Below the pieces are notes generated by a model. The model was not told the DNA's origin. It did no database searches and saw only the letters and a list, made by a program, of their open reading frames with translations. From contig OZ249438.1 in the NCBI GenBank assembly GCA_965235115.1, forward strand, positions 39,494,001 through 39,558,000: a DNA stretch of 64,000 nucleotides, written 5' to 3'. The stretch comes from Laetmonice hystrix (Eukaryota). The position numbers were made by a program, and so were the translations under genes. Below are positions 25,553 to 39,528 of the stretch, piece by piece (the first letter of the stretch is position 1; every line of letters starts with the position of its first letter).

Positions 25553-27276
25553 GTCAAACCGTCTATGAACGGGAGTTGGCTGTGTGTCAAGTCGTCTCTA
25601 TGATCGGGAGTTGGCTGTGTGTCAAACCGTCTCTATGATCGGGAGTTGGCTGTGTGTCCCAAACCGTCTATGATCGGGATTTGGCTGTGTGTCAAGTCGT
25701 CTCTATGATCGGGAGTTGGCTGTGTGTCAAGTCGTCTCTATGATCGGGAGTTGGCTGTGTGTCAACCCGTCTCTATGATCGGGATTTGGCTGTGTGTCAA
25801 ACCGTCTCTATGATCGGGAGTTGGCTGTGTGTCAAACCGTCTATGATCGGGATTTGGCTGTGTGTCAAGTCGTCTCTATGATCGGGAGTTGGCTGTGTGT
25901 CAAGTCGTCTCTATGATCGGGAGTTGGCTGTGTGTCAAACCGTCTCTATGATCGGGATTTGGCTGTGTGTCAAGTGGTCCCTATGATCGGGAGTTGGCTG
26001 TGTGTCAAATCGTTTCTATGATCGGGAGTTGGCTGTGTGTCAAACAGTCTCTATGATCGGGATTTGGCTGTGTGTCAAGTGGTCTCTATGATCGGGAGTT
26101 GGCTGTGTGTCAAACCGTTTCTATGATCGGGAGTTGGCTGTGTGTCAAACAGTCTCTATGATCGGAATTTGGCTGTGTGTCAAGTGGTCCCTATGATCGG
26201 GATTTGGCTGTGTGTCAAGTGGTCTCTATGATCGGGAGTTGGCTGTGTGTCCCAAACCGTCTATGATCGGGAGTTGGCTGTGTGTCAAACCGTCTCTATG
26301 ACCGGGAGTTGGCTGTGTGTCAAACCGTCTCTATGACCGGGAGTTGGCTGTGTGTCAAACCGTCTCTATGACCGGGAGTTGGCTGTGTGTCAAACCGTCT
26401 CTATGATCGGGAGTTGGCTGTGTGTCAAACAGTCTCTATGATCGGGATTTGGCTGTGTGTCAAGTCGTCTCTATGATCGGGAGTTGGCTGTGTCAAACCG
26501 TCTCTATGATCGGGAGTTGGCTGTGTGTCAAGTCGTCTCTATGACCGGGAGTTGGCTGTGTGTCAAACCGTCTCTATGACCGGGAGTTGGCTGTGTGTCA
26601 AACCGTCTCTATGATCGGGAGTTGGCTGTGTGTCAAACCGTCTCTATGATCGGGAGTTGGCTGTGTCAAACCGTCTCTATGATCGGGAGTTGGCTGTGTG
26701 TCAAGTCGTCTCTATGACCGGGAGTTGGCTGTGTGTCAAACCGTCTCTATGACCGGGAGTTGGCTGTGTGTCAAACCGTCTCTATGATCGGGAGTTGGCT
26801 GTGTGTCAAACCGTCTCTATGATCGGGAGTTGGCTGTGTCAAACCGTCTCTATGACCGGGAGTTGGCTGTGTGTCAAACCGTCTCTATGATCGGGAGTTG
26901 GCTGTGTGTCAAGTCGTCTCTATGATCGGGAGTTGGCTGTGTGTCAAACCGTCTCTATGATCGGGAGTTGGCTGTGTGTCAAGTCGTCCCTATGATCGGG
27001 AGTTGGCTGTGTGTCAAGTCGTCTCTATGATCGGGAGTTGGCTGTGTGTCAAGTCGTCTCTATGATCGGGAGTTGGCTGTGTGTCAAGTCGTCTCTATGA
27101 TCGGGAGTTGGCTGTGTGTCAAGTCGTCTCTATGATCGGGAGTTGGCTGTGTGTCAAGTCGTCTCTATGATCGGGAGTTGGCTGTGTGTCAAGTCGTCTC
27201 TATGATCGGGAGTTGGCTGTGTGTCAAACCGTCTCTATGATCGGGATTTGGCTGTGTGTCAAGTCGTCTCTATGAC
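25553..27276. repeat. 35-bp minisatellite, ~49 copies
   Basis: gtctctatgatcgggagttggctgtgtgtcaa(acc/gtc). Confidence 0.96.
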
Positions 27277-27856
27277 CAAGAGACATTTGTTCTCTGACAA
27301 GGTCGTCATCGTTACCGACACCGTCACGAACGCCCATATCTTGACGATAAGTAAATAGTTCCTGGTCATGCGTGACGTATTATAACCGGTTCCGTTGGGC
27401 CCCCACAGCCGGTATACAGCCCTATTAGGGTATGTAAGATTTGTCGACTCCATTGGCATGCTCTGACATTTTCTGCGCCAGTTTATGACGTCTGTTGTAC
27501 TCAGGCTGCGATTGCTGTTAACGTAGGTCAAAGATGTGACAATAGTGTAAAGTATTTTGTTTTTGTTGTATAGCCTCTACCTGATGGAAATAGGCATAAA
27601 GTCGGCGCAGCACGTCTGTCCCATGAGCCTGCCTTCACACGACTTAATTAACCTCTCTTTCTTTATTGAATTTGGCTTACAATCCTCTGGAGAAAAATCG
27701 AAAACGTGGGCAGACTATAAATACGCGAGACGAACATTGTAAAATGAATATGGCATTATGGAAATTTGCTACACAAATGCTGTTTGGTTTCGTGGAAAAA
27801 AGTCGTTCAAAGACTGGCTAGGTAGGAACGTGTACACATCCCTCATCCGGGTTCTT

Positions 27857-28022
27857 ACTCCTTGGTCGGATTAACGACTGCTCTGATCCAGGATTAACGA
27901 CTGCTCTGATCCAACCTGACGTGGATCTCTGATCGGTTCTGCCATGATGACTCCTTGGGCGGATTAACGACTGCTCTGATCCAACCTGACGTGGATCTCT
28001 GATCGGTTCTGCCATGATGACG
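27857..28022. repeat. Short tandem duplication (~71 bp x2 plus a partial copy)
   Basis: ggattaacgactgctctgatcca at 27868, 27891 and 27962. Confidence 0.85.
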
Positions 28023-29805
28023 TCCAGTAAAAACCTGTAACGTATAGCCGTTAGGTCTGTATATTACATGTACATGGGCTCAGAATTCTTTCATCTGGTT
28101 CACAATTTTTATTTGGTGCATAATAACACGGCTTTTCAAATGTGTAGGATTAAATGACTTTTTGTTGTAAATGATCACAACTTTCACTTTGTTGTTTTAG
28201 AACTCGTCATAACTTCGATTTGAGATTCGGCTTGATTTCTTGGACGATTGAAACTCAAAGAGTGGATCGCAAAGTTCAAATCCATTTGGTCGTAGATGTC
28301 TCTTGGCTCTTTTAAAAGGAATGTTTGTTTAAATGTTGTAGCTTCTTTCCTTAATGGGGCATTAACGATCCCGTTTTAACGCTCTCAGTACAACTCAGCC
28401 AGAGAACCCACACAATGAGAAGTTAGTTCAATGTCCTCAGCGGTTCTTGACGTTCTGATATTAAGCTTTCGTGGAAATGACACTTTTTTCTGTTCGAAGG
28501 GAGACTTCAGGATAATCCATTCCGACCCTGTTCACGTGCTCCAGTGGGTGCATTCACTCCCGTCTCGAGTAGGACAGCTTGACACTCTTTTGCCCTCACC
28601 CCTGGGTTTGGGCAGCTTAGCTTAGTTTTAAAATTTCTTTCAGCGTGTGGCTGTTTGAAAGAACCCAATAATTGCACCTGATCGTCGACCAGCCTCTCTT
28701 CATGACCATTGTTTGGTCAGAGAGTGCTGGCAGCGTGAGAGCCGGGAAATGGGGGCTCCATGCTTCATTTTTATTCGGCTTTTTTATCAGGCAATCACGG
28801 GACGCCCTGTCGGCAGTGAAATGCCATTGACTGCATGAATCGAGGGAGCCCGGAGCCGGGGAGACCCGAGTCTTGCGAGTTGTGCCAGTCCTTTCAGGGA
28901 ATGCGTCAGCGCTAGTTTTATGATACGCAGACGATATGACGGTGTGCATTCAGCAACCTGCCCAAATCTCTGCCAGCCACTCGGGTACGGGGGACGCAGC
29001 GGCGGAAAATCTCCACAATCAGCATTGTATACTTTCACAATGGAAGCGTAGACCGTGCTGAAGTCAAGTGTGCTTGCATTGAAAGTATCTCTATCCGAAT
29101 AGCTGTGGGTCGGTGGCGTTCAGATCCTGCGTGTGGCACAGTCTGCTCACACAAGGAATGCGAAATCGACCTGCTCAAACGTCCTAACAGAGATTGATTC
29201 AAACACGCATTCTTTGATGTCTTTGTGAAGAAGCATGTTGTGAGAATGTGGTAAAGTTTGGGTTCCAGCAGACATTTCCCGAGTGGCATTGTGTCCATAT
29301 TGAGTGTTCTTACAAGGCAGGTGTCGGTCTCTCTGGTTAATATCTAACGCCCGATCTTACGTGGGTCGGTGACGCCGATTGCCCGATTGGAGCGCTCCAT
29401 GCGGCCAGGTTATGAACTAGCTCCGACCGAAAAATGTTGAAATCGCAGGTAAATCGTAGAAAGAGCGTGCGACTGGTCGCAGAGGTTGTGAGTGATCGCC
29501 AGAGCAAAATCAGTCGTAGCAAGGTCGATGGTCATGTTCAAAACTTTTGACCTGTGAATCCAAATCGTAAGGTGGCAGACAGGTCTTATAATGGTCGTAC
29601 ATCCTGTCGTGCATGGTCGCACCACCTGTCGTGCATGATCGCAGGTCAAGCAGTCGCACGTTTGGTTGTGCAACTGGTCGTGCCACCTAACGATTGGTGG
29701 TGCCACCTGTCGTATGACCTCACGATCATCTGCACTGCGTTCTGGCTGCACTGGCTTTACTTTCATACAAGAAAAATAATTGTAGTTGAAGTATGGTGGG
29801 TTAGT

Positions 29806-29950
29806 GGGGGGCTCGGGTGGCCGAGTGGTCTAAGGTGTTTACTCATGACACCTAGGACCATCGCCTCACACCACTGCCGTCCGGGTTCGATCCCCGGCCA
29901 GGGCAGCATATATGAAAGGTTTTTCAGTCAGTTCCTCCCCAAAGGCAAAC
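29806..29950 (+). mobile_element. tRNA-derived SINE head
   Basis: A box TGGCCGAGTGG (~29818-28) and B box GGTTCGATCCC (~29884-94) separated by a long non-tRNA segment; no complete cloverleaf. 3' end uncertain. Confidence 0.7.
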
Positions 29951-30106
29951 CGTAAATCCCCAAATCTGTTACATGGAAATGGCTAGGTCGACGTTTCTTT
30001 AAACTTCCTATCTTATTGCGCATATCTCTACACAAGAATTGTATACATATTATGCACTGGTATATCCCACAAACCTACTGCCCCCCTCTGCTACAATCCG
30101 GTGTGA

Positions 30107-30564
30107 CTAGTGTGAGGGCAACAACAAATTCTAGACAGATTTTTTTTTAAAATGCAAATAAACAGAGTATGTTCTCCTCTTTCAAAATTCAGCCAAAAAA
30201 TGATACCCCACAAGGTTAGTTTTTTTTGTTAAGAGCTTTTGAAATTGGTATGTTCGTCATGTTAATAATGCACTGTTTGCGCATTTACACCACAGTAAAA
30301 ATACACCATGGTGTTATAACAAATAGAAATGGTAAAAAAAAGTTGCTGACGAACATACCAATTTACCATTACCAACATAATGACGAACATACCAATTTAC
30401 CATCACCAACATAATGACGAACATACCAATTTCAAAAGCTCTTAACAAAAAAACTAACCTGGTGAGGTATTATTTTTTTGCTGAATTTTGAAAGAGAACA
30501 TACTTTGTTTATCTGCAAAATTTCTAAAAAATCTATCTCGAAATTTTGTTTGGCCTCACACTAG
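30107..30564. mobile_element. Foldback/MITE-like element (458 bp) with long imperfect inverted arms
   Basis: ctagtgtgagg...gttaagagcttttgaaattggtatgttcgtcat is mirrored by atgacgaacataccaatttcaaaagctcttaac...cctcacactag; no clear TSD. Confidence 0.8.
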
Positions 30565-31460
30565 CATTTGTCCTTAAGTGCTCGCTATTCTGGGTCGTTG
30601 GTCAGCATCACTTCCACTCATAACGTGCTTCCATTTTCTCTCCCCTCAACCACCATTGCATGACAATTAAATTGCAAGTTAATACATTAGTCTGACTCAA
30701 AATGCATTTTTGATGTCAGCATTGATCTTAAAAAGCCTGTGTCAAGTCAGAGTATTGGATCATGGAAGGCATTTGTCAATACAGGCAGAGACCAGTTCAT
30801 GCTTAACTGGCTTTTCAAGAAAATGTCATCGATAAGAATTTCAATGAGACTAACAGCAGACTAGGGCTGTCCAGATATTACAGTTATTCGTAGGCTGCAG
30901 CAGCAGCTGCGCATTATGTAAATTACAGGACTTTGTCACGATATTAAGTAGGAATGAAGCATGGAGTAGTAGGGGGGAGGACAAAAGATCAATGGTAACG
31001 AATGGCCCTCTATGGTATTATCCCATTACTGTCTCCAGCGGGGCCTTCGTTAACGTTGTTATTTTGTCACATGTGCTCTTAACATGCTAGCGTATTGAAT
31101 ACGCCATGCTTCAGTGCCATCTAATTCGAGAGTCTGTGCGAATGTTAGGTTGAGCACGGGCCATATTACAAACGGCATGACTAGCCGTTACGGCGGTCAG
31201 GATCTAGCCCCACCGGGCCACGAATATATTTTCTGTGAACCTTTCGGGCAAACCATGGGACCATTAGCCAATCAGAGCACAGTTGTGACGTCACACTACG
31301 CTTTGAACTAACGCTAACCCTACTCTAACCTTAACTTGAACCCTTTGTATTTGTACAAACAGATGTCTAAGTCAACTATATAAACCTATACATTTTGTAT
31401 TCACTCGAAAACATGTAAACAGGGGCGGCGTCGTGAAGATGTAGCTAGTGGCACTGGTCC

Positions 31461-32137
31461 ATTGTGTAAACAGGGGCGGCGTCCCAACACCATCCCTTCC
31501 ATGTGTAAACAGGGGCGGCGTCCCAACACCATCCCTTCCATGTGTAAACAGGGGCGGCGTCTCAACACCATCCCTTCCATGTGTAAACAGTGGCGGCGTC
31601 CCAACACCATCCCTTCCATGTGTAAACAGGGGCGGCGTCCCAACACCATCCCTTTCATGTGTAAACAGGGGCGGCGTCCCAACACCATCCCTTCCATGTG
31701 TAAACAGGGGCGGCGTCCCAACACCATCCCTTCCATGTGTAAACAGGGGCGGCGTCCTAACACCATCCCTTCCATGTGTAAACAGGGGCGGCGTCCCAAC
31801 ACCATCCCTTCCATGTGTAAACAGGGGCGGCGTCCCAACACCATCCCTTCCATGTGTAAACAGGGGCGGCGTCCCAACACCATCCCTTCCATTGTGTAAA
31901 CAGGGGCGGCGTCCCAACACCATCCCTTCCATGTGTAAACAGGGGCGGCGTCCCAACACCATCCCTTCCATTGTGTAAACAGGGGCGGCGTCCCAACACC
32001 ATCCCTTCCATGTGTAAACAGGGGCGGCGTCCCAACACCATCCCTTCCATGTGTAAACAGGGGCGGCGTCCCAACACCATCTCTTCCATGTGTAAACAGG
32101 GGCGGCGTCCCAACACCATCTCTTCCATGTGTAAACA
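31461..32137. repeat. 39-bp minisatellite, ~17 copies
   Basis: atgtgtaaacaggggcggcgtcccaacaccatcccttcc. Confidence 0.96.
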
Positions 32138-34548
32138 TGTCGTCCATCATCTGGCCACCAGGGCAGGTTAATATTTCTGTCTACCTGCCTAACCTGCTTT
32201 AGAATGCACCATTAAGAGCTTTTTGTCGTGCACTTAGAACCTTTGAAAACGTGCCATCCATTCTTCTTTAATTATAAAACTAACTTGAGCTGGAACTGCT
32301 GCAGACCCAAGTGAGTGCATTTGATCTCGTGATGACGACATCGATGTTGAAGTGGGAGCGCTTTGAAATGTGAGCCCTGGGCGCCGTAAGTAGCACTCTT
32401 GCCCCTGGTAATCTATTGTTTTACTGATGCAGAAGATCAGCGTCGCTTTGAAGACATGTCTCAGCAACCAAGTCATACCGCGTGTTAATATGACAGTTAT
32501 AATCTCAGTCCGATCTGGCAAGAGTGCTCCTTAATCCCGTAAGTCATTTTAGGGGAAATCCTTTTAAATAATTTGAAAATTTTATACCTGACTTCCATAT
32601 TCATTTGCAAGTAGCTGGTAGATGTCGTCAACAATCAGTGTGGCCCGAATTCATCCTGAAATGAAGCGTGCTTTAGTGAAAGGTTGGGTTTAATGTAAGT
32701 GGACAATTGATAGTAGATTATTCGACGTGAACAGATAGTCGCCAACTTACTAAAAGGGTTCAGTTTGTTGAAGTAAATGAAAGATCCCCTAATGGCATGA
32801 ACCTTTCTTTAACCCAGATATTGGCTTTCTATACATGACATCCCTAGCGGGAAGACCAAATGTAGGCGATTACTTAAATGTCGGACTTCCCCCATGGAAT
32901 CTGTCTTCACTTGGCGTATAGCGTCGTTGATGAACTTTAAGGCTGCATTGGCAACCTGCCAATACCGGCCTGGTTTACATTTCAACCGAAAGAATGCTGT
33001 TAAAGCAATAGCTCAGAATCTTTTCTGTCTCGGTGTTTACAGAAAAAACAGATCTCCTGCTGTGTGATGGAACGGGCCTGACAGAGTGGGGCCAGGAATA
33101 CACCGCTGTAGGCACAGTCGTGTTTTTCTAACTCAGCTCTCCTGGCAATATTGTTTAGCATTGGCCGTGTCGAGTTGGTTGTTAATCATTCAATACTAAG
33201 AGAATTTCATTGTCAATAAAGTTGTCAGACAGTGGAAACTTGACTAGAATACTTTTAAAAAACTGTAGCTGAACTACAGTGATGGAGACAAGACAAGTGT
33301 GCTACCAGTCGAGACTTGCCAACATGATCTAGAAATTCAGTTTCAAATCTCGGAAATATTTCGGCAAATCAAGAAAGACAATCATAGTTTTCTCGTAACC
33401 GAGTGCCTATAGAATAGCCATGCAAGAGCCGAATTGATTCTTATACACATGTATGTTTTCAAGGATCATCAAACTCTGAAGTAAACCTTTCCTTGCAATC
33501 GAGTCCCGTCCTGAAACTTTTGCACCAGTTTTGATATGCAATGTTCAGCTGCAATGGCAAATAACTGACTACAAACATTTTTTGTAAACTTGGTCCGTTT
33601 TTAGCATTGTAGTGTGTTTTAGCGACTCATGAAAAATGCGATGCTTGATATTTCCAGCACACGTGCATGTAACTGATAGGATGGTACCGAAAGAAAGAAC
33701 TGGTTTTAGCGTTATATTTAGCCGGGGATGTTTGAAAACATCTTGGTAAACGTTGTTTACATGTCGGTACTATTGTTGTGTGAATGTCAAACAGTAGTCG
33801 GCAGGCTGGTGGCCAGAAATTACCTCCATCAACCAAGGCGAAGACAGTCGGTTCAGAATTACCATAGTGACTTAGTTAAACTCCGTCCTTTCTCAAACCA
33901 CGTTCGTAATGAACTCATGAACAAGTAATGATTCAGTAATGGTGCTGTCTGAAGTCGCTCTTGCTATTCAAACACGTGAAATAATTATCGCTAGATGGTG
34001 TGGAATTATAAGCAATAAGAAAACACTACTTTCAAAGGGTACAGATGTTTCTATGTGTTTTCCTATTCACCGGGCTCGTCAGGTATTTTCTACGCGGTAT
34101 TCATGGCGAAGAAAACTGGGTAAATTTTGCTGATCATTGAACAAAAGATTTGTTATGACTCTTTGGCGCGCCATTGTCGGCAGATCGTGCTCCGCCGTGG
34201 AGGGGCCTCAGCACACACAGAATCCGTTTGCCGCGCCTGCCTCATTATAAGATCACAGTTTTCACTGAAGATTATAGCGCAGCCGCACTGCTGTCTTAGT
34301 GGTATTTATTCATGGGAAATGAGCATGCTAAATAGTGAGACAGATGAGCAGTAGGTGTTTATTATGCTAAATGATTGAGCTATGCGTTTTACTTGTGCAC
34401 TTTTTTCATGTTTAATGCGGGGGATCTCTAATGAGGCATATAAATCAAGTTAAATTAGAGAGAGCGAAAGGAAGCGATGTTGTTAGATTTAGACAATGAT
34501 GCAAGAAACCAGAAACTAAACAAACGCAATGAAGTGAAAAATGGAAAG

Positions 34549-35336
34549 TACACCATTGTGTGTGTTCGAGACATGGGGATAGGGTGGTATGTGAGGGCCT
34601 TGATTCATGCAGGCGTGAGACATGGGGATAGGGTGGTATGTGAGGGCCTTGATTCATGCAGGCGTGTATATCAGTACACCATTGTGTGTGTTCGCGACAT
34701 GGGGATAGGGTGGTATGTGAGGGCCTTGATTCATGCAGGCGTGTATATCAGTACACCATTGTGTGTGTCCGAGACATGGGGATAGGGTGGTATGTGAGGG
34801 CCTTGATTCATGCAGGCGTGTATATCAGTACACCATTGTGTGTGTCTGAGACATGGGGATAGGGTGGTATGTGAGGGCCTTGATTCATACAGGCGTGTAT
34901 ATCAGTACACCATTGTGTGTGTCTGAGACATGGGGATAGGGTGGTATGTGAGGGCCTTGATTCATGCAGGCGTGTATATCAGTACACCATTGTGTGTGTC
35001 CGAGACATGGGGATAGGGTGGTATGTGAGGGCCTTGATTCATGCAGGCGTGTATATCAGTACACCATTGTGTGTGTCTGAGACATGGGGATAGGGTGGTA
35101 TGTGAGGGCCTTGATTCATGCAGGCGTGTATATCAGTACACCATTGTGTGTGTCCGAGACATGGGGATAGGGTGGTATGTGAGGGCCTTGATTCATGCAG
35201 GCGTGAGACATGGGGATAGGGTGGTATGTGAGGGCCTTGATTCATGCAGGCGTGTATATCAGTACACCATTGTGTGTGTCCGAGACATGGGGATAGGGTG
35301 GTATGTGAGGGCCTTGATTCATGCAGGCGTGTATAT
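34549..35336. repeat. 77/49-bp minisatellite, ~11 units
   Basis: gtacaccattgtgtgtgtccgagacatggggatagggtgg... at 34751 and 34828; occasional 49-bp short units. Confidence 0.94.
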
Positions 35337-36299
35337 CTTCTCCTATTTCTATAAATCGTTTCTAACCCCTCAATAGAGATCGGTGATCATAGTAAAAGCA
35401 AGGCTGTGTTTGAAAGCCGCCGACTGCAGTAAGAACTGCCTACTATCAGGGACAGCCACCCACAACTAGCCTTACCCGCGCTTGATGACAAGATGCATTA
35501 AGCTTTTCATCTGTTGCCGATTTCTCTTCCTGGAAATTTCCCGGAAAGGCTGAAAAAGAAAGCTTGCACTAGAGGCGGTCGGAGCTGGCCAACTTCCAGC
35601 TGGGAGCACGAGCTTGCTGATTGGCTCAGTCCCTCGTTGGCCCCTTTCACAGAAGAAACGTTTCAAAACACTGGCATCACAAAATATTGTCTTTTCAAAT
35701 TGTAGTCTTTGCATTGGTAGCAGCCAACAGCTGTATTGATTGTTAAACAATGATTATTGATTTATGTGGCCAATTTTGGCATATTGTGCAACTTATCTCA
35801 AGGTGATATAATATTCCTCGTCAATCTTTTGAGACATCAAGTCAAAGTATGTTTAGCCTGAAAAACGCAGCCCTCGTCAGTAGTCTTTGTCGTCCGATTA
35901 TTGCTCCAGAATTCTATTATCTGCAGCATGAAATAGACGAATTGGGACGGAGAGCCGGAGGAAGGGAAACGAGCCTTATATTTATGCATGAGGTTATTCT
36001 AGCCCAGGGAGAAAATGGCGACATGCAACATTGTTATTGGGTCATTGGTGTGTATTATTGGAAGGACATTTGGCGGGCTGACCGGTGGATATCATGTCAC
36101 CTCATGGTCAGTCTGTAGGCCGATGGCGTGCTGGCTATTCGTCTGGTCACCGCCAGATGGCGTCAGTGTGCAACCATTACCAATGTGGCCCGGATGGAGC
36201 AGTTCTGAGATCATGCCCTCCGAACATATCAGCACAGCCAATAGATGATCATCTAGTCCACTCTACATAGGTAGTTGGTGTCGTATAGAAAGCAATCTG

Positions 36300-36367
36300 A
36301 CTTTTATTGATCTTAGCGAACCAAGCCTGGCCTGCTGATGTAATCAGGGACCGTCTGAGCTCCCGCC

Positions 36368-36402
<35 letters not shown>

Positions 36403-36604
36403 GGCGGCGTCCCGACGAACGGCTCTCTATGGTCCTGTCACCATGACGACGGCGCCACGAGTGTACGTCTTGAATTTTTAAATTTTGTGGGGAAACAAGG
36501 AGTAGAGATGGTGTATGAAGAGGTAACAAAATGGAGAATATTCAATTTTAATGTGACCCTTGGTCTATGCGGCCGTAAAGTGTATGGTCCTTGTCTGACA
36601 GAGA
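36300..36604. mobile_element. Possible Helentron-associated (HINE/DINE-like) element start with (GTCT)n
   Basis: T-rich start cttttatt followed by a (GTCT)n tract at ~36368-36400; other end not visible because of the gap. Confidence 0.3.
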
Positions 36605-36704
36605 NNNNNNNNNNNNNNNNNNNNNNNNNNNNNNNNNNNNNNNNNNNNNNNNNNNNNNNNNNNNNNNNNNNNNNNNNNNNNNNNNNNNNNNNNNNNNNNN
36701 NNNN
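36605..36704. other. Assembly gap (100 N, probably of unknown size) followed by (GA)n to ~36761
   Basis: Run of N flanked by GA dinucleotide repeat. Confidence 1.
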
Positions 36705-36764
<60 letters not shown>

Positions 36765-38401
36765 CACAGGGTAGGTCTACCTAAAGACAAGTTCGGATTT
36801 TTACTTGATCCTTGTTTGCATCAATAATCAGCCACATGACGTTAGCCATGACAGTCCTGTGTTCTATAGCCTGTCGGGACTTTAAAATTTATGATGAAAG
36901 ACAGAAAAAGACAGAGGGAAAACGTAGGTTATGTATTCTCTCTGTTGAGAAGGGGATACAGCGCTGGAATTCATCAGGCAAAAAAAAACACGAAAAATTA
37001 TTATGACAAAGGCTTTCTCTGCGCCTGGTCCTTGATTCGCCAATATCATACTTTATTTAAATTAACCTTGACGTTGTTTATGAGAAACTGTAATAGATTG
37101 TACGGAGTGAACAACCGCGACGTGTTTCGTTATATGAATGTGTCCATGTTTGTAGGGATGAGTTCCTGTGTTTAGTCGTGTAATGACATTGGTGGCGGGC
37201 TCTGCTCAGGGCGATAACATTCCGCAATAATCGGAATTCCCTCAAGCATCTAAGTGATTCCGGCCTTGAATAGCTGGCGCGTAGATCTCTACGTCTCGTT
37301 GACTGATGGTGATGGTGTGAGGCACGGCGGCCGTCATTCCGTAGGTACACTGACCTTTAGCATGAGGAGTTAGTATGAACTGTGACATTCAGCAGGCAGT
37401 TATTAACCGGGGACATGGCTTACATTAACACAGAGTGCGAGGACCGACAGGCTGGGTGGTGTGTCACTGCACGGTCCGCCTCGCACCCTCACCCCGGCCA
37501 GCACGACTTCTGTGCGGTCGGCACAGCACACCTATTTGATCGAACACTTGCACTGACTCTCGGGAGGTTTATAGAGAAACCTTTCAAGTTCCTAATCTGT
37601 GCCACTTTTGTCTCATTTCCATTTCTTTGTATTGGTAGAGAAGTGTTAGCACTTGAAATATCTTTAAGGCATTTTTTTAGAAGTTTCTCCTCTCTTCTTT
37701 AAAAAAGGGGTGATCATTTATATTTAGTTTGATACTGGACAGCTAATGGAAACCTCATTAAATTCCATTTAAATAGATACAGAACAAGGAAACGTGTGGT
37801 TGAGCAGACACATTATCCTTACTTAAATATCCCATTTAGATTTATATACGAACATCATGAAACAAACGGATGGAAAATTCTATACGTTCACCTTATAATG
37901 AGAGCCGAGTATTGCATCCAAAATGCTAATGAGAAAATGGATGCGTTGTATTGAGATATTAAGGGTGTAGCTTGGTTTGCTATAGATGTGATTAGTGGAG
38001 CCGCAGGCGTCAATGTTACCAGCAGCAGTGGCACCTTGAAGTGGAGAGTAATCCGTGTCTGTGAACTGAACAAATTCAGACAAGTTGGACACCTTCCGTG
38101 GGCTCTCCTGTCATCATCTGAGGTTTGAAAAGAAAAGTCCTTGGTCTGGCAGTTCGCCGGGACCGTCACAGAATATCACATCTCGGAAGTCTGTAAGGAC
38201 ATTGTCAAGGCAACTGTCGTACTCCAACAGGAAATAATCACAGAACACGATATTTTAAATCTATCTATGTCGTTATCAGTGCTATGGCTAGATAATTTAA
38301 GAAATCAGTAATCACTGGAGATGGAACTGTAAAGATCATTTACTCTACGTCAGCAGGAACCTAAGGGAGTCATTGGATGGCGGTTAGGAATATAGCATAG
38401 T

Positions 38402-39528
38402 TATACCCGCAGGTCATACCTGGAGTAGACAATTGGTTCATACCCGCAGGTCATACCCGGGGTAGGCAATTGGTTCATACCCGCAGGTCATACCTGGAGT
38501 AGGCAATTAGTTCATACCCGTAGGTCATACCCGGAGTAGGTAATTGGTTCACACCCGCAGGTCATACCCGGGGTAGGCAATTACTTCATACCCGTAGGTC
38601 ATACCCGGAGTAGGCAATTAGTTCATACCCGTAGGTCATACCCGGAGTAGGTAATTGGTTCACACCCGCAGGTCATACCTGGAGTAGGCAATTGGTTCAT
38701 ACCCGCAGGTCATACCTGGAGTAGGCAATTGGTTCACACCCGCAGGTCATACCCGGGGTAGGCAATTGGTTCACACCCGCAGGTCATACCCGGGGTAGGC
38801 AATTAGTTCATACCCACAGGTCATACCTGGAGCAGGCAATTGGTTCATACCCACAAGTAATACCCGGAGTAGACAGTTGGTTCACACCCGCAGGTCATAC
38901 CCGGGGTAGGCAATTGGTTCATACCCGGAGTAGGCAATTGGTTCATACCCACAGGTCATACCCGGAGAAGGCAATTGGTTCATACCCACAGGTCATACCC
39001 GGGGTAGGCAATTGGTTCACACCCGCAGGTCATACCTGGAGTAGGCAATTGGTTCATACCCGCAGGTCATACCTGGAGTAGGTAATTAGTTCATACCCGC
39101 AGGTCATACCTGGAGTAGGCAATTGGTTCATACCCACAGGTCATACCCGGAGTAGGCAATTTGTCCATACCCACAGGTCATACCCGGAGTAGGCAATTGG
39201 TTCACACCCGCAGGTCATACCTGGAGTAGGCAATTGGTTCACACCCGCAGGTCATACCTGGAGTAGGCAATTGGTTCACACCCGCAGGTCATACCTGAAG
39301 TAGGCAATTGGTTCACACCCGCAGGTCATACCTGGAGTAGGTAATTGGTTCACACCCGCAGGTCATACCTGGAGTAGGCAATTGGTTCATACCCACAGGT
39401 CATACCTGGAGTAGGTAATTGGTTCACACCCGCAGGTCATACCTGGAGTAGGCAATTGGTTCACACCCGCAGGTCATACCTGGAGTAGGCAATTAGTTCA
39501 TACCCACAGGTCATACCTGGAGCAGGCA
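38402..39528. repeat. 37-bp minisatellite, ~30 copies
   Basis: catacccgcaggtcatacctggagtaggcaattggtt. Confidence 0.96.

Noticed and set aside
29340-29740. Harbinger-like internal sequence rich in ggtcg/cgacc motifs
   Set aside because: No matching second TIR or TSD found; boundaries cannot be defined.
29806-29900. Functional tRNA gene
   Set aside because: A and B boxes are present but there is no coherent cloverleaf or anticodon arm; treated as a SINE head.
32575-32690. Minus-strand peptide IRATLIVDDIYQLLANEYGSQV resembling a Walker B motif
   Set aside because: Too short, flanked by stops, and no Walker A seen; cannot be supported.
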